This document shows positions 52,052-64,000 of a stretch of 64,000 nucleotides of DNA, one piece after another. The notes under the pieces were generated by a model. The model saw only the letters and a program-made list of their open reading frames with translations, did no database searches and was not told where the DNA came from. This stretch comes from the human T2T-CHM13v2.0 reference genome, Homo sapiens. A program made the translations under genes and the position numbers. The DNA lies in NCBI RefSeq assembly GCF_009914755.1, contig NC_060943.1; one strand, written 5' to 3'. The stretch's first letter is position 1. Each line of letters opens with the position of its first letter.

Positions 52052-54030
52052 CTACAGATTCCCTCCAGTGTGGACTCTCTGATGGTAGATGAGATGTGAC
52101 CTCTGACTGAAGCCCTTACAACAGACATCACATATGTAAGGCCTCTCTCCAGTGTGGACTCTCTGGTGTGTGTGAAAATGTGAGGCCTGACTGAAGCCCT
52201 TCCCACACTGCTGACACGTATAGGGTTTCTCTCCTGTGTGGACCCTCTGATGGGCACTGAGACCAGCACTCCAACTGAATTCTTTCCCACATTCCTCACA
52301 TTTAAATGGTTTCTCTCCAGTGTGAATTATCTGATGGACTTGAAGATTTGACCTCTGGCTGAAGGCCTTACCACAAGTGTCACATTTATATGGTTTCTCT
52401 CCGGTGTGGACTCTCTGATGGGCTTGAAGGTGTGAGGCCTGACTGAATCGCTTCTGACATGCATCACACTTGAATGGTTTTTCCCCAGTGTGGACGCTCT
52501 GATGGGCTTGAAGATTTGAAGCCTGACTGAAACCCTTACCACACTCTTCACATTTGTAGGGTTTCTCTCCGGTGTGGACTCTCTGATGATTGTGAAGATT
52601 CAAGCTCCAATTGAAGCGCTTCCCACACACTTCACATTTGTATGGTTTTTCTCCAGTGTGGACTCTCTGATGTGCTTGAAAGTATGAACTCTGACTGAAG
52701 CCTTTCCCACACACGTTGCATCGAAATGGTTTCTCTCCTGTATGGACCCTCTGATGGCTCTGGAAACTTGAGGCTGAACTAAAACCCTTACCACACTCTT
52801 CACATTTATATGGTTTTTCTCCTGTGTGGACTCGTTGATGACTATGAAGATTAAAGCTCAAACTAAAGCACTTACCACACTCATCACATTTGTATGGTTT
52901 TTCTTCAGTGTGGACTCTCTGATGGGTATGAAGATTTGAGCTACAACTAAAGCGTTTACCACAATCCCCACATTTATATGGTTTCTCTCCAGTGTGAATT
53001 CTTTCATGGGCCTGAAGATGTGATCTCTGAGTGAAGCCCTTCCCACACACCTCACATTTATAAGGTTTCTCTCCAGTGTGAACTCTGCAATGAATGTTAA
53101 GATCTGTGCTACGACTGAAGCCCTTCCCACAACTGTCACATCTATAGGGCTTCTCTCCTGTGTGAATAGGCAAATGAGCATAAAGATGTGAGCTCTGATT
53201 AAAGCTCTTACCACACTCGTGGCATGTATAGGGTTTCTCCCCTGTGTGGACTCTCTGATGAGTTTGCAGATTTGAGCTCTGACTGAAACCTTTACCACAT
53301 TCATGACACCAATAGCGTTTTTTCCCAGTACGAACACTTTGTTGAACAGGAATACCTGAGCTATAACTGGTGTCCTTCTCATGTGTACTACACGCTGGAG
53401 ACTTCTTTCCCAAGTGTACCTGTTTATGAAGTTCAAGACTGGAGCTATCATTGAAGGCTTCTTCACATTCATTACCCTGGTAGGTTTTCTGTCCTGTGTG
53501 AATACTACGCTGGGTAAGAGGTGATACCTTTAGGGTATCTTTACCACAATCACTATTGCTATGAACTTTATCTCTTTTGTGCACTATATTATCATCATGG
53601 TGGTGTGAAATACAACTGAAAATGTCAACATATGGAGCAAATATACATAATTTGTTTTTCATCTGAGTCTGCTTACAACTTCTCTGATAATTCTGTGTCT
53701 CATTCAGATATATTTTACTCCAAGAATTCGGAACTTTCCCAGTTGGAAATTCTTGATTTTCAATGATACTGGAATGATCCCCTATGTGATTCACTAGACA
53801 GTTGTCATCCACAGAAGCTTGAATAGATTCTCCTGCTCCCACTTGACAGGGGGAATCATGGTGCTTGGGGAACTGAGAGCTCTTTCCTTCAATATTTATC
53901 ATGGAGTCTTGACTTCTGGCTAATTTGCTCGCAATGTGTCTCTTGATTTGCCAGCATGAAAGCTCTCCCAGTGAAAAGCACCTTAATCCTGCTTTGTGAA
54001 GAGTTGCCATCTCATTTTGATTCCTGTCTC
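52052..54030 (-). CDS. ZNF235: ZNF235 final exon: spacer, degenerate fingers, 15 intact C2H2 fingers
   Basis: atcctttcag|GAGACAGGAATCAAAATGAGATG, in frame with the 652-aa ORF; ends HTGGNL*. Assuming paralogous 15+127+96-nt upstream exons gives 738 aa, the ZNF235 length as recalled. Confidence 0.95.
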
Positions 54031-54791
54031 CTGAAAGGATAGAGAGAATAAGGAATAAAGGACCAAGAGACTGACATTAGCAAAGTAGAGAATTAAGATC
54101 TAAGCTCTCATTTTCCCCATGGAAACGTCAAAAAAACAACTAGACTGGCTGAAATAAATTTATAGGAACTCTGAAAAGCAGCTGCAACCAAGAGAACACC
54201 AAATGTTTTAAAAAGCCATATTTAAGATAGAAAATTTGAGATCAGCCCAGGGTATGGTTAAGGTGTATCTTGGGTCTTTTCTGAGTATGAGTCTTGCTGC
54301 CTGTGTGTATTCTCCAGTATACACAACTCCAAAGTGAATGCTTTGTCCAGATGTTTCCAAATTTTACACATAGTTCCTTCGGTATCAGGCTTTAGTTCAT
54401 GATGGAAACTTTCAGCTTATCTTTACCATCACAGATTTTCCTGGATTTTATTTGCCTCTCGAAACACAGAACTACAGATCTAAGAATAGGACAAGAGGTA
54501 GAAACCAGCCAACTGCAGAACAACAAAATGATATCTCAGTAAGTACTTAGAAAGGAAAAATTGACTTCTTTGCCTATAAGAATGGTAAATTAAAAGTCAC
54601 CTCTTCTTTGGCTACAGCAACTGAATCGTAAGTAGCAACTACATAAATCAGGCAAAATATATGCCTCAATTATAGGCTCTCATTATACAACCTGCACATC
54701 TAGAAACATGCTCAAAATAACTGATAGACAAATCCATATTTATAGCTGGAGATTTCAATACCCCTTTCCAACAGCTAGTAAACCAAGTAGG

Positions 54792-55834
54792 AAGATATGT
54801 GGTGGCACTCATGTAACTGAGTCCGTGCTGTGAAAGGGACAGCTGCCCTGGCCCCTTGGGGGTCAGAAGTCACCATGCCAAGGGCTGTGTGAAAGGTGCT
54901 AAGTTCCACTGAGACCCAAGCTCCAGTTTTTGAGAAGCCAAAAGGAGGGAGCACCAGGCTTCCTTCCAACCAGTGGTGCTGGTATCCTCCAAGTTTCTTC
55001 CTCCAGGCCACCTGTGGATATGCCATCCAGAAACCAGTCCAGCCCAGCCAAGATGATGACCTGTCCCCTTATACGCTGCTCAAAGACTACCAGAACTTTC
55101 CCAGGATTGAGAGGGTTGATGACATTGGGAAAAGACACTTGTCTTTGGAAATGGCCAACCAGGAGAAGCCAAAAATTAAGCCAGAATAGTTGATAAAAAA
55201 GGACATGGCAAGCCCTGAGGACACCAGCTCCACAGAGGCTGGAATTATCGACTTGAACATCAAGGCCCACAGTTTTGTTTTGTTTTGTTTTGTTTTTTTG
55301 AAATGGAGTTTTGCTCTGCCACTCAGGCTGGAGTATAGTGGCATGTTCTCGGCTCACTGCAACCCCCGCCTCCTGGGTTCAAGCAATTCTCCCACCTCCT
55401 GGGTTCAAGCGATCCTCCCACCTCAGCCTCCCAAAATGCTGGGATTACAGGCATGAGCCACTGCACCTGGCCAAGATCTGCAGTTATGAAAAACACATGC
55501 TGACATATTGAAAGGACAAAGCCCACAAATGCTATCTGCTGATAAGCATCAACCAGAGGAAAAAGATGCTCAAAAACCTCCACAAAACCTATTATGACAA
55601 CTCTGGGAAGACATGCAGGGAACTGGGGACTGAAGACACCTTTCCCCTCTGAATTACCAAACAGCCCACTGACCGTCGCTTCTGACTAAGAAGGCTCTGT
55701 GAATTCAGGTTTTCCAGAATGTGCAAAAGCTGAAGAAACAAAAAAGGTCTTAGCTGCAGCAGCATCAGCAGTCAGAAAACAAAACAAAACAAAAACAATA
55801 AATTATATAAAAAATAAAGCAAAACACAACAAAA
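54792..55834 (+). pseudogene. MRPS15P2: Processed pseudogene of mitoribosomal protein MRPS15, Alu-interrupted (probably MRPS15P2)
   Basis: From ATG 54875 it reads ...[36 protein letters not shown]...SPEDTSSTEAGII...[Alu]...[23 protein letters not shown]..., matching MRPS15 as recalled ([29 protein letters not shown]; [23 protein letters not shown]). Intronless, with stops, an A-rich tail and TSD AA(C)CAAGTAGG at 54781-54791 / 55835-55844. The P-number is from memory. Confidence 0.88.
55275..55472 (-). mobile_element. Shortened Alu inside MRPS15 pseudogene
   Basis: About 200 bp; right-arm end joined to left-arm start with a small internal repeat; 13-bp diverged TSD. Confidence 0.85.
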
Positions 55835-57082
55835 AACAAGTAGGTAATAAGTGAAGATACAGGCTTGAAGCAATATTATCAACCAAGTTGACTACTTGGT
55901 CTTTCTAGGACACTCTATCCAGTAAGAGCAGAAAATGTTATTTTCAGGTGCACATGGAACATACTCCAAGATAGACCATATTCTAGGCCATAAAACAAGT
56001 TCTAACAGATGCAAAAGGAGTCAAGTCATACAAAGGGTATTCTAACCACAACTGATTTAAATCAGAAATTATGAACAGAAACATCTCTGCAAAATCTTCA
56101 AATATTCAGAGAATAAATAACATACTTCTAAATAAACTGTGGATCAAAAATAATTCAAAACAGACTTTATAAATTGAGTGAAAATAAAAAACCAATATAT
56201 CAAAATTTCTACTTAGAGCAAAATTTATAAAGCAGAAATGTGTCATAGAAACTAAAAACACAAGAACAAATTAAACACAAAGTAAGCATAAATAGAAAAT
56301 AAGAAAACAAATAGCTAGTTCTTTGGAAAGAACAATAAAATTAATAAACTCTAGCACTCATGATAAAAACAGAAAGAAGATACAAATTACAAATATCAGG
56401 ATGAGAGGTGACATCACTATAGATCCTGTATATATTATTAAAAGGATAAGGGACTTATGAACTTTATGGCAATAAATGCAACAATGCAGATGAACTGGAC
56501 AAATTTCTTGAAAGACACAAAATAAGTTTACTTGAGAACATACAGATAATCTGAATAGCCCTTATCTACCAAAGAAACAGAATTCATACTTACAAATATT
56601 TCCACAAACAAAAGTTCAGGCTTATAGGGCTTCATCCATGAATTTTACCAAACATATAAGGAAGAAACAATACCAATGCTAGACAAACTCTTCCAGAAAA
56701 ATGAAAAGGTGTAAATACTTCTCAACACATTTTAGGAAGCCAGCATTATTCTAACACCAAAATAAGACAATGACATTCCAAGAAAAGGCAACTACAGACT
56801 AACATTCCTAATGAACATATTTATAAAATTCTTAACAAAATGTGATCAAATCAAATCTAACAATGTATAAAAAGGATAAATCAAGACAAAGTAGTGATTA
56901 TCTCAAGAATGCAAGGCTGATTTAGTATTCTAAAATTAGACCTAAATGCTTCCCTCAGAAAATCAGGAACAAGGCAAGTATATCCACTCTCACAACCTTT
57001 ATTCAACATTACTGAAGTTCTAGTCAGTGCAGTAAGACAGGAAAAAAACAACATAAAAGAAATAAAGATCATAAAGGAAAAA

Positions 57083-60000
57083 ATGAGCCAGATAAATAAT
57101 TTGAAATACTGATTTTAAGGAAGCTCAATGAGATACAAAAGAAATTTGAAAAGCAATACAAAAAATCAATTCAGGATATGAATGAGAAATTTACCAAAGA
57201 GAAAGAGATAGGTATCTTTTTTTTAAAAAGCCAAACAAATAAAAACTTCTGGAAATGAAAAAATCATTGAAGAAATTACAAAATACAGTTGAAAGCTTTT
57301 ACAATAGACTAGACAAGCAGAAGAAAGCATCTCGGTACTTCAAGACAGGTCTTTTGAATTAATCTAGTCAGACGAAAGTAAAGAAAAAAGAATAAGGAAG
57401 AAAAAACAAAGCTTCTAAGAAGTATGAAACTACATAAAGCAACCAAACCTATGAATCATAGGTATTCCTGAGGGAGAAGAAAAAGTAAAAAGTTTGGAAA
57501 CCTAGTTAAGGAAATAATTGAGGAAAACTTCCTTAATCTAGCAAGAGCTTTAGATATCCAGATAAAAGAGATCTAATGAACTCCACGAAAATACATTGCA
57601 AGATGGAACTCACCACAGCATACAGTCATCAGACTAAGGTTTATATGAAGGATAAAATCCTAAAATCAGCAAGAGAAAAGTGTTTAGTCACCTATAAAGG
57701 AAGCTCCATCACACAATTCAACTTGTAGAAACCTTACAAGCCAGAAGAGATTGGATTCTATTTTCAAGTTGCTTCAAAAAACAAAAAAATTTGTATCCTA
57801 CTAGAATAAGCTCTATAAATGAAGGAAAAATAAGCCTTCCCCAAATAAACAAATACTTAGGGAGTTTGTCACCACTAGACCAGGTCTACAGGGAATGCTC
57901 AAGTGAGTTCTAACCATGAAAACAAAAGGTTGATACTTGCCATGATAAAAGACACAAAAGTATAAAACTTGCAGGCCTTATAAAATAATTACACAAAGAA
58001 AGAAGATAAGTCAAATGGCAACATAACTCATCTTACCGATAAAGACACAGACTGAAGGTAAAGCGGTAGAAAAAGATATTCCATGCAAATGGAAACCAGA
58101 AACGAGCAGGAGTAGCTATTTTTATATCAGATAAAAAAAGACTTTAAATCAACAGCAGTAAAAAAAGACAAAGTCATTACATAATGATAAAGTGATCAAT
58201 AAACAAATAAGATAACAATCCTAAGTATATACACACCAAACATCAGGGCACCCAAATTCATAAAACAAATATTATTAGACCTAAAAAAATACACAGCAAT
58301 ACAATAACAGTGGGGGACCTCAACACCCCACAGACACCACTAGATAGACTGAGACAGAAAATCAACAAAGAAACACTGGACTTAAATTAAATTTTAGGTC
58401 AAATGGAGCTAACAGACATTTACAGAACATTCTATCCAACATCAGAATATACACTCTTCTGATTAGTGCATGGAGCATTCTCCAAGATAGAACATATGTT
58501 AGGTCACAAAAAAAGTCTCAATACATTTTTAAAAACCAAAATCACACCAAGTATCTTCTCACACCTCAGCAGAATAAAACTAGAAATCAATTCCAAGAAG
58601 AACTCTAGAAACTATACAAATACATGAAAATTAAACATGATCCTAAACAATCTTTGGGTTAATGACAAGACAAATTTTAAAATTTCTTGAAATGAATGAA
58701 AACGAAAATACAATATACCAAAACCTCTGGGATAAAGCAAAAGCAGTGCTAAGAGGGAAGTTTATAGTGTTAAATGTCTACACTAAAAAAAAAAAAGATA
58801 AAAAATTAACAACCTGTGTCTCACCTCCAGGAACTAGAAAAACAGGAAAAATCCAAACCCAAAGTCAGCAGAAGAAAGATATAACAAAGACCACAGCAGA
58901 ACTAAATAAAATAGAGAACCATGGAACCATACAAAGGATCAATGAAATGAAAAGCTCGTTTTTATCTCTGAAAAGATAAAATTGATAGACTGCCAGTAAG
59001 ACTAGCCAAGAAAAGAGAAGATCCAAATAAACATAATCAGAAATGAATGAGACATTACAACTAATACCATAGAAATAAAAAACATGATCAGACACTCTTA
59101 TGAACAATACACTTGAAAACTAGAAATTCTAGAGAAAATGAATTCCTGGAAACATACAACCTCCCAAGATTGAGCCCATCTGGCTCCCAAGATTGAGCCA
59201 GGAGGAAACAGAAATCCTAAACAGACCAGTAATGAGCAGTGAGATTGAATCAGCAATGCAAAACCTCCCAAGAACAAAAAAGCCCAGGACCAGACAAAGG
59301 TACACTGGAATTCCACAAAAGGTACAAAGAACTGGTACCAATTCTACTAAAACTCTTTCAAAAAATCTAAGAGGAGAGAATCCTCCCTAACTCATTCTAG
59401 AAAGCCACTCTTGCTCTGATACCAAAGTCAGATAAAGACACAACAAAAAAAGAAAACTACAGAGCAATATCCCTGATGAATGTAGATGCAAAAATCCTCC
59501 AAAAACAAACACAAATCCCCCCACAAAACCCCCCAAACCAAATCTAATAGCACATCAAAAAGATAAGCCACCATGATCGAGTGGGTTTTATTCCAAGGAT
59601 GCGAGAATGGTTCAACATACACAAACCAATAAATGTGATTCAGCCTATAAACAGAATTAAAAACAAAAACCACATGATCATCTCAACAGATATATAAAAA
59701 CCATTTGACAAAATTCAGCATCCTCTCATGATAAAAACCTTTGACAAACTAGGCACAGAAGAAACATATTTCAAAATAATAAAAGCCATATATGACAACC
59801 CATAGGTAACATACTGAATGGGGAAAAGCTGAAAGCATTCCCCCTAAGAACTGGAATAAAACAAGGATTGCCCACTTTCACCACTCCTATTTCACGTACC
59901 ACTGGAAGTCCTAGCCAAAGTAATCAGGCAAGAGAAAGACAGAAAACCAATCTAAATTGGAAAAGAGTAAGTCATTTAATATCTCTGTTTTCTGACAATC

Positions 60001-60817
60001 TGATCTTATACCTACAAATCCCTAAAGACTCCTCCAAAAGAATCCTAGATTTGACAAATGACTTCAATAAAGTTTCAGGATTAAAAAAAATCAATATACA
60101 AAAGTCAGTAGCATTTCTATACGACAATAATGATCAGGCTAAAAACCAAATCAAGAACACAATCCAATTTATAGTATCTACAAAAAAATTAAAATACCTA
60201 GGAATGTATTTAACCAAGGAAGGGAAAGATCTAACCAAGGAAAATTATGAAACAATAATGAAAGAAGTTGCAGATGACATAAAAAAAATGGAAAAACATC
60301 CCATGTTCATGGATCGGCAGAATCAATATTGTTAAAAAGACCATACTGCCCAAAGCAATCTACAAATTCAATGCAATGGCTATCTAAATACTAATGTCAT
60401 TTTTTGCAGAATGAGGAAAAACAATTCTAAAATTCATATGGAACCAAAAAAGAGCCTGAATAGACAAAGCAATCCTAAGCAAATAACAAAGCTGGAGGCA
60501 TTACATTACCTGACTTCAAATTACACTACATGGCTATAGTAACCAAAACAGCATCGTACTGATATAAAAATAGATACACAGATCAATGGAATAGAAAAGA
60601 GAACCCAGAAATAAGTCACATACCTACAGCCAACTGATCTTTGATAAAGTCGAAAAAAACATACACTGGGGAAAGGACATCCTATTGAATAAATGGTGCT
60701 ATTTAATCCATCTTGAGTTCATTACCTGAGATCTCCAGAGATCCATAACAGATTCTAATAATAGCCATTCTGGCTGGTATAAGATGATATCTCACCATTG
60801 TTTTAATTTGCATTTCT
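57083..60817 (+). mobile_element. L1PB/L1MA-like element, ORF1 to ORF2 RT region, 3' end rearranged or missing
   Basis: ORF2 remnants [39 protein letters not shown]; no poly(A) end. Confidence 0.85.
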
Positions 60818-61399
60818 AGAAATCACTGGTGATTTCAACCACAGGAGGCAACCTGAAAAAGCTCCAAGTGGTCAAAGTAGAAATAACTTGGTAACAAAAT
60901 AAACAATGCAATACTGGATTATAACACGAAGTATAAATAAATACATATGAGCCCATACTGATTATAAAATGGATAGTAAGTGACAATAAGGAGTTACTGT
61001 TGTAGATAGACACTGATAAATCTATGGGTGATATGACATTCTCCAGCAAAAAATAAAAGGGAAAGATAAAACAGGAACAGCAGAAAGTTGATAACTGCTA
61101 AGACAGTATGGATATACAGAGTCTATGGCATTATTTACTTTTCTATGTTTTTTAAGTTTTCAAAATAAAAAGTTTAAAGTCATAGGAAAACAAATAGGTC
61201 ATCCAAATTATGTGTATGTTGGGGGAAGGGTGGAGAAGCAGAAATTATCCATTTAAACTATCAGTCAATTTTCATTAACAGAAAAAGATGTAAAATGAAT
61301 GTTAAAACTGAACTGAATGGTGGGATTACAAATGGCATCCTACTAAGTCATTTTTGTCACATATCTCCCTCAGTTTGGTGGATTAGATGATATCTTAAC

Positions 61400-62300
61400 A
61401 AAGGACATAAGCAATTTTAGAATTAATCAATTTTCTATGTTTTATACATTTTTGAAGTATATGGACCTAACAAATATATACACGTAGACTATGATTATAC
61501 AGAACACTCCACCCAATAACAGCAGAATACACATTTTTCTGAAGTACATACAGAACATTTTCTAGGATACACCATATGTTAAACTACAAAAAAGCCTTAA
61601 TAAATATAAAAATATTAAAATCACACAAAGTATCTCTGCTGATCAAAATGAAATGAAACTAGCAATGAATAGCAGAATAAAACCTGAAAATTCCATAAAT
61701 ATGTGAAAATTCAACAATACACATACAACCAATAGATCAAAGAAGAAATCACAGGGGAAACTAGAAAATATCTTGGGATAAATGAAAACGAATCCACTGC
61801 AAAAACAGTGCTAAGGGGGAAATCTATAGCTATAAATGGTTACAATGAAAAGGAAAAAGGTCTCAAATCAACATCATAACCTTATACCTTAAGGAAATGA
61901 AAAAAGTAACAAGCCATCGCCATTACCAAGACCAAGATGGCTGCAAGACTTGCTGCCTTCTTCAGGAATGCCTGGGCCAAGCAGCCAGTGCTGGCTGTGT
62001 CCTTCACCATTGCAGGCCATGCTATAATTCTGCCCCCACTCAGCCCCTACACCAAGTATGCCATCATGATCAACCAGGCCACACCCTACAATTACCCAAT
62101 GCCTGTCTGAGATGATGGGAGCATGCCTTATGTGTCCAGCCACCCCCAGGACTCCTAGGGCCCAACCCTGGAGTGGCTGAAGAAACTGTGAGCATCTCCA
62201 CTGACAGGGAGGAGGACCCTCCCCAGTGGCTCCCAATAAAAATGTGAAAAGCAAAAAACAAAACCAAATTAAACCCAATACTGACAGAAGAAAGGAATCT
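61400..62300 (+). mobile_element. L1M ORF2 fragment, host of NDUFA3 retrocopy
   Basis: ACAGAACACTCCACCCAATAACAGCAGAATACACATT...; L1 sequence resumes as AAATTAAACCCAA..CAGAAGAAAGGAA after the pseudogene. Confidence 0.75.
61915..62263 (+). pseudogene. NDUFA3P1: Processed pseudogene of complex I subunit NDUFA3 (CDS-equivalent 61937-62191)
   Basis: [82 protein letters not shown]: full 84-codon length, intronless, stops at 62108 and 62156, AATAAA at 62235-62240, A-rich tail. The P-number is from memory. Confidence 0.92.
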
Positions 62301-62302
62301 AA

Positions 62303-62629
<327 letters not shown>

Positions 62630-62668
62630 TGATTTCTGAGCAGAAGCATGAATGAAATAAGGAAGAGG

Positions 62669-62968
62669 GGCTGGGCGCAGTGGCTCACATCTATAATCCC
62701 AGCATTTTGGGGAGGCTGAGGTGGGCAGATTGCTTGAGTCCAGGAGTTCAAGAGCAGCCTGGGCAACATGGGGAAACCTCGTCTGTACAAAAAATATAAA
62801 AATTAGCTGGGTGTGGTGGTGCACACCTGTAGTTCCAGCTACTCAGAAGGCTGAGGTGGGAGGATTGCTTGAGCACAGGAGGTGGAGACTGCAGTGAGCC
62901 GAGACTGTGTCATTGTACTCCAGCCTGGGCAACAGAGTGAGACCCTATCTCAATCAATCAATCAATCA
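62669..62968 (+). mobile_element. AluJ-like with (TCAA)n tail
   Basis: Dimeric Alu. Confidence 0.9.
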
Positions 62969-63231
62969 GAAAGACAAAGGTTTAAGAAAAAACAGCATTC
63001 CAGCCAGAGAATAGAAAGTAAAAGGCTGTGATGCAGATGTCATATCTGAGGAACAAGTGAGGGTGGCAGAGACAAAGGGAGGGGGAAAAACAGAATGGTA
63101 AAGCTAGGTGAATAGGCAAACATTATACAGCCTTACAAGCTCCTTAAATACACTGGATTTTACTCATGAAATGGGAAGCCAGTGGAGGATCTGAAGCAGA
63201 GAGTGACATGATGTGACAGATGTTTTCATTC

Positions 63232-63527
63232 TTTTTTTTTTTTTCCTGAGACAGAGTCTCGCTCTATCACCCAGGTTGCAATGCAGTAGCAGATCTCAGC
63301 TCACTGCAACCCACGCCTCCCAGGTTCAAGCAATCCCCCCATCTCAGCCTCCTGAGTAGCTGGGACTACAGGCACACCTACATCTAGCTAATTTTTTTAC
63401 ATTTTGTAGAGACAGGGTTTTGCTATGTTAAAGACCCCAGGCTGGTCTTGAACTCCTGACCTCAAGTGATCCACCTGCCAGGCCTCCCAAAGTGCTGGGA
63501 TTAGAGGCTTGAGCCATCGCGCCCAAC
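63232..63527 (-). mobile_element. Alu in L2-like sequence
   Basis: TSD TGACAGATGTTTT on both sides. Confidence 0.88.
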
Positions 63528-63640
63528 CATGACAGATGTTTTTTAAAAAAGTCTCTCAGGTAGCTGAGTGGAGAAGAAATTATCCTGAATAAAGGAAAAA
63601 TAACAGCTGTTAACTACGATTCCGGCTGCACAGTACTCAC

Positions 63641-63736
63641 CTGAATGCTTACCTCTTTGGGTTTGAAGCTCCTTCATCCAAAGCTTTTCTTCCCTCTCCA
63701 ACTGGGATATCATATCTGGTTTGAAGGACTGATGTC
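63641..63736 (-). CDS. ZNF235: ZNF235 KRAB-B-type exon (96 bp); KRAB-A exon lies beyond the window
   Basis: ttttatag|(G)HQSFKPDMISQLEREEKLWMKELQTQRGKHS G|gtgagt; phase matches the final exon. Confidence 0.93.
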
Positions 63737-64000
63737 CTATAAAAAGATAGTATTTAAGTGAAAATGTTAAAGGCAAAGAGTACTGAAAAAATCTGGTTCC
63801 AATCACATGATGTAAGTCTCCTCCCTGCCCCAGCATGCAATGTTTAGGGAACATTTTTTTTTGTCATGACACATTATAAGAAATACATTTACTATCACTG
63901 GAAATACATTACCCTGTGTAAACTATTGAAATAAAAGGTTAAAGGACCTATTTCTAATCAATATCTGTTTTCATCACATCCCTTACGGCAAGCAGCAGCA

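Larger units (their letters stand above)
54480..57082 (+). mobile_element. Ancient L1M ORF2 fragment, host of the MRPS15 retrocopy
   Basis: GCTGGAGATTTCAATACCCC before the pseudogene and CAGGTGCACATGGAACATACTCCAAGATAGACCATAT after it. Confidence 0.75.

Overview
Primate, almost certainly human, genomic DNA from the 19q13.31 KRAB-zinc-finger cluster. The locus is recognised from the protein sequences, not from a database search. The window holds the 3' end of the ZNF227 zinc-finger exon (+), the complete ZNF233 gene (+; CpG promoter with a ZNF143 site, 4 coding exons, 704 codons in this haplotype) and the last two coding exons of ZNF235 (-), which converges on ZNF233. Most of the rest is Alu, L1, MIR/L2, DNA-transposon and LTR/ERV debris. 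Main observations beyond routine annotation: (1) a decayed KRAB-B exon and a probable decayed last-exon start between ZNF227 and ZNF233, suggesting a dead KRAB-ZNF paralogue; (2) ZNF233 reads through a complete 8th finger, where the 670-aa reference protein as I recall it is frameshifted; (3) a 92-bp unique segment copied in inverted orientation into an Alu tail between two inverted Alus; (4) two retrocopies of mitochondrial-protein genes (MRPS15, NDUFA3) in one ZNF235 intron; (5) a nested THE1 / HML-2 LTR5 / gamma-type env / HML-10 LTR14 stack; (6) shared decayed-finger 3' UTRs among the paralogues. No intact novel gene was found. Repeat subfamily names and boundaries were assigned by eye and are approximate.
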